A stretch of DNA of 29,234 bases. Origin: a virus. Taxonomy: Duplodnaviria > Caudoviricetes. The stretch covers positions 1 through 29,234 of IMG/VR virus record IMGVR_UViG_3300033076_001163. One strand, given 5' to 3'. Below the pieces are notes generated by a model. That model saw only the letters and a program-made list of their open reading frames with translations. It was not told the origin of the DNA and searched no databases. Made by a program: the position numbers and the translations under genes. Positions 22,531-29,234 of this stretch are shown here, piece after piece; position 1 is the stretch's first letter; each line of letters starts with the position of its first letter.

Positions 22531-25400
22531 ACGTTTTCAATGCCCCCGGCGTTCTTGTGATAGATTCGCTTAAATCGCGGCATTGCCTGCTCTTTGAGCC
22601 CGCGCACAAGCTCTTGCTCTTTTCTGCTGAGGGCTGATCCGTTCAGCACCTTCGAGAGAAGCCCAGATCCGAGATAGTGAGCGGCGTAGAGCAAAAATGG
22701 ATCATCGCCAAACTTGGCGCGGTGCTCATCTGTCAGCTTTTTAACCGCCACCAGCGAGGCGTCTAGATCCATCGGATCGTCTAGCCCTAACGATTTGGCC
22801 GTGGCTTTCACGAACTGAAAGCCGCCCGATGCGGATGATTTGGGATTCTTAGCGGTAGGATTGCGCCCGCTTTCCGTTTCGTACAAGGCCGACAGATATG
22901 GATCGCGGTCAATATCAGCCTCAACCTCTTTCACTGGCCTACCCATATTCTCCTCGGAAAACAGGTCCTTAGCTACGCTCCCAAGATCGTTGGAAGTAGG
23001 ATCGAAAAAACTGGTAAGGTCTAGGAATGGACTACCTTGATCGGCTTGCCGCCCTAATTGGCTCGATTGCCTCTGCTCAAACTCCCGCTGTTTTGGCGGT
23101 GCTGGCTGTTCTCGTTTTGCTCCAGTATTTGAACCGCCTGGCGGATCGCCTTGATCGCCTTTCTCGGAAGGTTGACCTACTGAATCAGAAGCCGCCGCCG
23201 CACCTTGGGCGGTAGGCATCACCGCTTTGATTCCTTCCCTAGCACCCTGAGCCGCAGCCGTTTTAGATATAGCCTCGCTAACAACTCTGCCGATGTCTGA
23301 TGGCTTTGCAGCGTCGAGGGCTGAGAGAGCTTCTCTAGGATCTTTGAGCGCTCTTGCAAGTAGATCATCGAAAGCCGAAGCCGCACGAAATGAAGAATTG
23401 CCCAGGGTGCGACCAGCAATAGATCCAGCAATCGCGCCAGGAACAGCAAGCAAAGCGCCCGTAATGGGATCAGGCGCCATTTTGAAGGCGGTATATGCCC
23501 CCACGCCAGCACCAGCAACGCCAGGGCCGCCAGTAGAATTAAGAGCAAAATTCCCAAAAAGCCCCCGATTCGAGTTGATCATGCGCTGAGCTTCATAGCC
23601 ACGGCGCGCGGTCTGCGAATTGCCAGTGAACGCCAGCTTAGCCGCCCGCGCCTCTGCTGCTATATCATCCAGCACTAGCCTGAATTTATCTAGCTCAGCC
23701 TCCGTGAATATTTCCTTAAATTGCGGCAATTTTTCTTCAAAGAAGTCAGCCCATTGAGATTGCGGCCGGGCGTCGAGCTCCTTAACTAGCGCTTCTTTGT
23801 AGACTGGGCGAATGTCCTGGCCACCAAGATCGGCCGCCCTGATCTGCTTTTGCAGTTTGTCTGGCGATGATAGACCCTCATTGATTAGTGTTGCGTTATC
23901 TACGGTGCCACCCTGAAGCGCAACCTTTTCTGTGGCTAGAGTTCCTCCGGTGCCGTCTTTCTGTCTCTTGAGCGTTTGCAGCTCTTGTGCTGTTTTGCTG
24001 CGAGCAATTAGCCATTTTTTCTGCTCTGTTATTGGTAGCAGCCCCGCGTCTACGTTTGATTGAACAATGTCCCGGACGTGTCGCTCTACTAGCAACGCTA
24101 CAGACCGGCTTTGGACTTCCGGCTCGGATGTAGCGTTTCGAAGCCGCCGCGCTACCTCCAAAGCCCTACCGCGCAGATCTTGAAGGCCGCCCATATTGGC
24201 GATCCCTTCATCAGTGCCAGCCTGTAGCGCCTTGAATCTGGACACGAGCCCGGCTGCGCTGTTTTCAAGCGGGACCGTTCCATCCCATGTAATTTCTTTG
24301 ATCGCTGCATCGAACTGATCATCAAGGCCGCCCAGCCTAGTATCTACAAGCGATTTCCTATCGAGAGCCGCCCACGCCGATTCGGCATCATCCGCAATTG
24401 CCTTGCCAGCGGTCCTGAGAATGTTCTCACCTTCCTTGCTGATGTCTCTTATGTGAGTTCCAGAAACTCGATCACCAGTAACTTGCTTAGACCTCAGCGC
24501 CGCACGCTCTTCAGCCATTGATCTTAGGCCGGTATTTCTCATCTGTTCAGCAGAATCGGCAAGTCTGGCAATTCCTGGATCGTCAATCTTTTCGGCAAGC
24601 GGGCGAAGCGCTTGTAGTTCGGTTTGCGTTGCTGAGGCGGCCGCGGCGTTTTCTACGGCCGTTCTGAGATCGCTGGCGCTTTTGCTAGACGCCCGCTCTA
24701 GTGTCCTGCCTACCGCAGCTCTGGCTGGCCCGTCACCAAAAAAATTGCGCAGCATAGGAAACTGCGAAACTGTTGGCCCAACTAGCTCGCCTGCTTCCTT
24801 AACTAGCGTTTTGACTCCAGCCGGGCCAAGGCTGGCGAGTAGGTTTCCTACCACCGCCCCGGCTTCTGGATCGGCACCTACTTCGGGAGCGATTTTGCGC
24901 CCGGCATACGATCCAGACCCGCCGAGCAGGCCGCCTACAACCATTGCCGCAGGACCAAACGGCCACGACGCCGCAGCATTTTCAGCAACATCAGATCCCC
25001 ACTGTCCCAGCTCGGTAGTGGGCCGGGTAGATCCGTCCACTCCTAATCTCAATAATGTGTTATTGGCGTTTTCTTCAAGCGTTGGAACATCTTCATTATA
25101 TCGCAAACCAAGCGGGCCATGCGGGGTTATGGCGAACGGGTTCAGATATGTGTTTGCCTTATCGATCAGGTTGGTAGTAGCGATAAATCCGCGCCGCGCC
25201 GCGTTGCCTACCCCCATAAGCTCATTCATCAGGCTATACTCTTCCGGCCGATCTATAGCCGCGGGGCCGACCCAATCGGATGAATCTAGCGCGCTAGATA
25301 GCGGCTCGGCTTGCGGCGGTGATAGATCTACCCAGTCCGACTCACCAGAGACGCCCGCGTTCCCGCTGGGGGTTATATCGACCCACTCTTCATCAGCCAT
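22527..25400 (-). CDS. Large internal virion/ejection protein with C-terminal lytic transglycosylase domain
   Basis: 957 aa; Gly/Ala hydrophobic segments; C-terminal ETESGRNPTAKNPKSSASGGFQF...AAHYLG (ES, GxxQ and AYNxG-like SLT motifs). Confidence 0.85.
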   Translation of the reverse strand: MADEEWVDITPSGNAGVSGESDWVDLSPPQAEPLSSALDSSDWVGPAAIDRPEEYSLMNELMGVGNAARRGFIATTNLIDKANTYLNPFAITPHGPLGLRYNEDVPTLEENANNTLLRLGVDGSTRPTTELGQWGSDVAENAAASWPFGPAAMVVGGLLGGSGSYAGRKIAPEVGADPEAGAVVGNLLASLGPAGVKTLVKEAGELVGPTVSQFPMLRNFFGDGPARAAVGRTLERASSKSASDLRTAVENAAAASATQTELQALRPLAEKIDDPGIARLADSAEQMRNTGLRSMAEERAALRSKQVTGDRVSGTHIRDISKEGENILRTAGKAIADDAESAWAALDRKSLVDTRLGGLDDQFDAAIKEITWDGTVPLENSAAGLVSRFKALQAGTDEGIANMGGLQDLRGRALEVARRLRNATSEPEVQSRSVALLVERHVRDIVQSNVDAGLLPITEQKKWLIARSKTAQELQTLKRQKDGTGGTLATEKVALQGGTVDNATLINEGLSSPDKLQKQIRAADLGGQDIRPVYKEALVKELDARPQSQWADFFEEKLPQFKEIFTEAELDKFRLVLDDIAAEARAAKLAFTGNSQTARRGYEAQRMINSNRGLFGNFALNSTGGPGVAGAGVGAYTAFKMAPDPITGALLAVPGAIAGSIAGRTLGNSSFRAASAFDDLLARALKDPREALSALDAAKPSDIGRVVSEAISKTAAAQGAREGIKAVMPTAQGAAAASDSVGQPSEKGDQGDPPGGSNTGAKREQPAPPKQREFEQRQSSQLGRQADQGSPFLDLTSFFDPTSNDLGSVAKDLFSEENMGRPVKEVEADIDRDPYLSALYETESGRNPTAKNPKSSASGGFQFVKATAKSLGLDDPMDLDASLVAVKKLTDEHRAKFGDDPFLLYAAHYLGSGLLSKVLNGSALSRKEQELVRGLKEQAMPRFKRIYHKNAGGIENV

Positions 25401-26463
25401 TGGGCACGATCCTTATTTCGCCGGTTTTGATATTCTTTTGAATCTTATACCCCAAGGGAGCTTGCACGAACGGCACCACGGAATCGGTTGGAAATTTTCT
25501 GCGCTCGGCTTCTTTCAAGTAAAAATTCCGCTTAGAGTTGAACTGCTCTGCTGTCTCTCGATAACGCCGCGTTGCTATATCAACTAGACCCTTCCGCACG
25601 GAGTCCGGTAGTTTTGATTTGCCTTCAAGAGCGCCCCGGATGTCAGCCTTCCATCCCTCGGGGATGGCACCAGATCCGCCAAGCGCGTCAGCTTCGCCTT
25701 GATTTGTAACCGCGCCCGGCTCAATAGCTTGGGCGGCTCCTTTGATTAGTTCATAATCCGACGTGCCGGACGGATCCTGCGATGCGCGCAAGACGCTCTT
25801 ATATCCTCTTTCTACCAAGTCAAAACGCAGATCGTTTGAAGCCTTAACCATTTCGCCGCGCAGCGAGGCAATGTCATCTTCTAGCGATTGCTCCTTTGAG
25901 AACTGATCCTTTTCAATCTGCCGCTTTCGATCTTCTGCTTTAATCTTGGGACTCTCAGGATCTTCTACCCCAAGCTTTTCATAGGCCGCATTCTTCCCGC
26001 TGATCTTGCCCTGCTCCTCAAGGGCTGCGCGCTCGCCTGCCATCATATTGGCGAGCTTTAATTCCGCTACCTTATCGCGTAGCTGCTCCTTCCGTTGCGC
26101 CATCTTGGCAGCCGCTCCCAATCTCAGCAGATCAAAAGCGCTTTCATCGACGCCAGCGGGCGCGGCCGCGCTCATGGGATCGGCGCTGAGTTGCGGCATG
26201 ACGGAAGAAAGTGCGCGAAGTTGGCTTGCCTCCCTGTTCTTAGCATATCCAGAGAGCGCGCTACCTAGAAACGATTGAGCAAGCGCAGTGCCGAAAGCCT
26301 CAGCCGGACTCCAGGTCCGGGTGTCAAAGCGCGGCGCAAGTATCGCCTCGGATGCGGTGCGCCACGGATTAGAAGCGGCGATATTCTGAGCGAAGCCCAG
26401 GATATCGGTCGGCTCTATTACGGCGCGACCAGAATCGAGGAACTTGAGAAGATCTAGGCTCAT
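25393..26463 (-). CDS. Putative DNA ejection (internal virion) protein
   Basis: 356 aa, helical, IEPGAVTNQGE motif; middle gene of a three-gene ejection set. Confidence 0.68.
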   Translation of the reverse strand: MSLDLLKFLDSGRAVIEPTDILGFAQNIAASNPWRTASEAILAPRFDTRTWSPAEAFGTALAQSFLGSALSGYAKNREASQLRALSSVMPQLSADPMSAAAPAGVDESAFDLLRLGAAAKMAQRKEQLRDKVAELKLANMMAGERAALEEQGKISGKNAAYEKLGVEDPESPKIKAEDRKRQIEKDQFSKEQSLEDDIASLRGEMVKASNDLRFDLVERGYKSVLRASQDPSGTSDYELIKGAAQAIEPGAVTNQGEADALGGSGAIPEGWKADIRGALEGKSKLPDSVRKGLVDIATRRYRETAEQFNSKRNFYLKEAERRKFPTDSVVPFVQAPLGYKIQKNIKTGEIRIVPNG

Positions 26464-27497
26464 ACGTTAAACCCCGGCGCTGTTCCATTGAATACCGGCC
26501 CATTATCAGGCTGGCCGCCGCCGCCCCTCTTCTTTGCTTGTAGCTGCTGCTCGTTCAGTTTCAGCGTTTTGTTGAACTGATCAACGTTCATATTGTTGCC
26601 GCTGATCTGGCCTAGAAGTTGCGCTAGGATGTTGGCCTGATTTTGGTTGCCTCCCTGATACGGCGTGAAGTTGCCCGCCTGACCCTGCGCAGTCTGACCG
26701 AGCTGGCCAAGTACATTGGCCTGCGTTGCGTAGCTCTGATCGCGTGTCATTACGGCCTGATTACGCGCCTGATCGTCTAGCGCCTGATACTTACTATCGA
26801 TCTGCTGTAGCGATTTGCTCCAGAGGCTGTCAGGCGATGCATCGATCGGGATCCCGCGGTTTGCAAGTTCCTGCTTTGCCGCTTCCATTTCGCGCGCTTT
26901 GTTTTGCGCGTTATCTTTAGTGAAGTAGGCATAGTTTGCATCAGCCGCCGCTTGTGCTGCGTTGCCAGCATTTGCAAAGCCGGTTGCAGCATTAACAAAC
27001 GCATCATTAGCGGCCGTCAGCCCAGCGCCACCAGTTTGCTGGATCTTCACCTGTCCAGTTACCGGATCCCGCGTAACGGTCTGGGTATTTCCAAAGGAGT
27101 CCGTTTGAACTCCTGGGTTATTCATGTTGAAATTGCTTTCAGTGTCATCAAGTCCGGCGCTGCTGACGGTTTCTACCGCCTTATCAGCATCGATTGCCCC
27201 GGTCTTCTCATTGATGCCGAGATCCTTACCCTCAACGCCGCCAGTCGTTTGAACTGTATCGGGGGCCGCTGGCTCTGCTGGCGTAGCGGGCTGGGACGCC
27301 TTCGAGGCTTTGAACTGCTCAAGGGTTTCGCCTTTCTTGATTGACTCTAGCCGCGCCTGAGCCGCCTTTATTTGCGCAGCTTTCTTGGGATCTTTCCCGT
27401 ATTTCTTGATGAATTTTTCGGCATTTCTCCGCTCGTTTTCTCGCGACGCTACCGGGGGAATTACGTTCCCTGATTTGCTCAATCTTCTTTTTGCCAT
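26460..27497 (-). CDS. Putative DNA ejection (pilot) protein
   Basis: ATG 27497 (TAATG overlap); Gln/Asn/Ala/Gly-rich, LANRGI motif; follows tail tubular gene. Confidence 0.68.
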   Translation of the reverse strand: MAKRRLSKSGNVIPPVASRENERRNAEKFIKKYGKDPKKAAQIKAAQARLESIKKGETLEQFKASKASQPATPAEPAAPDTVQTTGGVEGKDLGINEKTGAIDADKAVETVSSAGLDDTESNFNMNNPGVQTDSFGNTQTVTRDPVTGQVKIQQTGGAGLTAANDAFVNAATGFANAGNAAQAAADANYAYFTKDNAQNKAREMEAAKQELANRGIPIDASPDSLWSKSLQQIDSKYQALDDQARNQAVMTRDQSYATQANVLGQLGQTAQGQAGNFTPYQGGNQNQANILAQLLGQISGNNMNVDQFNKTLKLNEQQLQAKKRGGGGQPDNGPVFNGTAPGFNV

Positions 27498-29038
27498 TAG
27501 CGCACCCCTCCCTGATCTACCCACACATTCATAGCCAGCAGCGAGAAACCCACGCTCATGCTGCTGTTCGTGTTTCCAGTAATATCTAGTTGAACGTAAT
27601 TAGAATCTATCCCACTGTTGAGTAGTACGTTAGATACGCCCGTACCGGGTGAGGGGATCAGCTGCGATGTCGTTTGCCGCTGGCCGAGATTGCCGATCAG
27701 CGTATACCCCATGAGCCCATAGGCGTCCGACTGCATAATCAACTCAATGCCGGTCACCCGTGACACTCCGAATTTATCGGTAGGCAATGGCGCTGTTCTT
27801 AGCTGAGCGCGAATCGATGCCGTAGAGCCGTCATAGGTGTCATCGACGTAGTTGGATTTCCCTTCCGATTTCATGATCACGACATCGATGGAAAGCCCGT
27901 AATAGACATCACCCTGAAAGAACGTGGCGCAATAAAGCCGCGGCACGCCGTCAGCGTAGAACTCAAACCAAGCGCCATTATCGAGCGAGTAGACCAGCCG
28001 CATGGCACCAAGATCGGCTTTCGTTCCGTCATAATCGACCACGCCAGGGATGCAGATGACGATCCGATTCTGTACGTCATCATAAAGCCCCTTCAGGCCG
28101 TATGAATTGAAATACTGGGGGAATATCTGCTTCCATCGCTTAGAGTGAGAATTGGACGGCGCATTCTTGATCGCGAACTCTTGGCCCTGCTGAAATAGCG
28201 CTCGCATTGAGATCAGCGCTGATTCTGTAATCACGTAGGTATCGCCCAGCACGTTGATCGTCGAGTGGTAGTATAACGGGCGTGGAATCTGAAAACGGCC
28301 GATGATCTGCCAATTGGCGGCGTTGGGATAATCGCCGCTATAAACTAGTACCTCTCCGCTCTGGAAGATAAACGCTAAAACGTTTTCCTGTTGAATGCCT
28401 TCAGAGAGGGAAACCGAGGCTATGGCATAGAGGCTGCTCTTGCTTGATACGATCTGATCTAAACTAACCTTAGTAACAGCCCCAGCGATCGAAGCGATCC
28501 CGCTGTAATAATAAGCCGACTGCCCGCGAACTACGAAATACGCGCGGTTCTTGTAGACGGCGCCGCCGAACGGTATGTCGGTACCCCATCCAGTATAACC
28601 AAGATTTCCCCAGGCGGTTCCATTCCAATATTGCGGGCCGGGGAATGCTGAAGGCTGTAGGTTCAACTCTGAAAAATACATCAAATAATTGTTGAATTCG
28701 AGCGTGGCTACCTCATCATCACCACCCACCCCGAGCGAATGCACGACCGTTCCAGCGCCCGCGCTAGTAATGTCTTTCCATTGCAGGTTTGCAGCCCCGT
28801 TATCGTACAGCACGAACATTTTTTGCGATGTTCCGCTGCCGTAGGTCGTGATGTTTAACGGCAGATTCCCCGTTCCGGCATTCTGCGTGGTGTGCCTTGA
28901 ATCGCCGTTCCGAATCCTGAATTCCCCATCCTCACTGATCCAATTATAGGCGCGCTCGCAGTATGGCGACTCGATCACCGCAAGCGGCAGATCAGATCGC
29001 TCGCCTCCGTATGGTGGGGGTAGGGGGATCGCTCGCAT
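27497..29038 (-). CDS. Tail tubular/DNA stabilisation protein (P22 gp10 or T7 gp12-like beta-propeller)
   Basis: 513 aa, beta-rich, starts IPLPPPYGG, contains YKNRAYFV and GEVLVYSGDYP; precedes ejection genes. Confidence 0.75.
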   Translation of the reverse strand: MRAIPLPPPYGGERSDLPLAVIESPYCERAYNWISEDGEFRIRNGDSRHTTQNAGTGNLPLNITTYGSGTSQKMFVLYDNGAANLQWKDITSAGAGTVVHSLGVGGDDEVATLEFNNYLMYFSELNLQPSAFPGPQYWNGTAWGNLGYTGWGTDIPFGGAVYKNRAYFVVRGQSAYYYSGIASIAGAVTKVSLDQIVSSKSSLYAIASVSLSEGIQQENVLAFIFQSGEVLVYSGDYPNAANWQIIGRFQIPRPLYYHSTINVLGDTYVITESALISMRALFQQGQEFAIKNAPSNSHSKRWKQIFPQYFNSYGLKGLYDDVQNRIVICIPGVVDYDGTKADLGAMRLVYSLDNGAWFEFYADGVPRLYCATFFQGDVYYGLSIDVVIMKSEGKSNYVDDTYDGSTASIRAQLRTAPLPTDKFGVSRVTGIELIMQSDAYGLMGYTLIGNLGQRQTTSQLIPSPGTGVSNVLLNSGIDSNYVQLDITGNTNSSMSVGFSLLAMNVWVDQGGVR

Positions 29039-29234
29039 TAGTCACCGCCCATCCGCTTGCCCAGTAATTTGCCCAGCCGATCGTATTCCTTATCTTTCTC
29101 GGTTTTTATGGTAGCGTTCGGCCCTTTCATGCGCCTGCGAAGCTCTAAAAGCTTCTGCTGAAACTCATTCAATACCGGCGCGTTGTTAACGTCAGCTTCT
29201 ACATTCTTGACGCCCTCCGCGACCTGCTGCTGCT
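29038..29234 (-). CDS. Partial (5'-truncated) hypothetical protein
   Basis: Open frame QQVAEGVKNVEADVNNAPVLNEFQQKLLELRRRMKGPN...MGGD ending TAA 29040-29038, overlapping next ATG. Confidence 0.65.
   Translation of the reverse strand, partial: QQQVAEGVKNVEADVNNAPVLNEFQQKLLELRRRMKGPNATIKTEKDKEYDRLGKLLGKRMGGD

Larger units (their letters stand above)
1..29234. mobile_element. Podovirus-like tailed phage/prophage genome segment (both ends truncated within genes)
   Basis: Terminase, portal, scaffold, capsid, tail tubular and ejection genes, plus recombination, replication and tyrosine recombinase genes; dense ATGA/TAATG gene overlaps; no tape measure or sheath in the window; no host housekeeping genes. 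Confidence 0.96.

Noticed and set aside
24682-25587. 301-aa plus-strand ORF and other long antisense ORFs (402-1001, 9156-9632, 18900-19364)
   Set aside because: Shadows of well-supported genes on the opposite strand, with low-complexity translations and no motifs.
1-29234. Stop-codon reassignment, introns/inteins, diversity-generating retroelement, tRNA genes
   Set aside because: Core genes are intact in the standard code and end in all three stops; no reverse transcriptase, template/variable repeat pair, intein motif or cloverleaf with a T-loop was seen.

Overview
The window is most of a podovirus-like tailed phage or prophage genome, with no host genes, RNA genes or CRISPR arrays visible. 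Two arms diverge from a 99-bp control region at 12834-12932. The leftward (minus) arm encodes an XRE-type HTH regulator, small and large terminase, a P22-like long portal, two fibre-like proteins, a putative TIM-barrel hydrolase, scaffold, major capsid protein and a decoration protein. The rightward (plus) arm encodes a single-strand annealing protein, a Gp157-like protein, a tyrosine recombinase, a hairpin-rich block of small accessory genes, a ribbon-helix-helix protein absent from the ORF track, a structured RNA leader, a replication initiator with an internal iteron origin, a beta-class DNA methyltransferase with a Cys6-Gly4 tract and a RusA-like resolvase. A second minus-strand block (21660-29234) converges on this arm and encodes a tail tubular/gp10-like protein, three ejection proteins (the largest ending in a lytic transglycosylase) and two holin-like genes. 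The most interesting candidate system is an RNA-gated, plasmid-style replication control module at about 15370-17610. All product calls come from motif recognition by eye; no searches were run.
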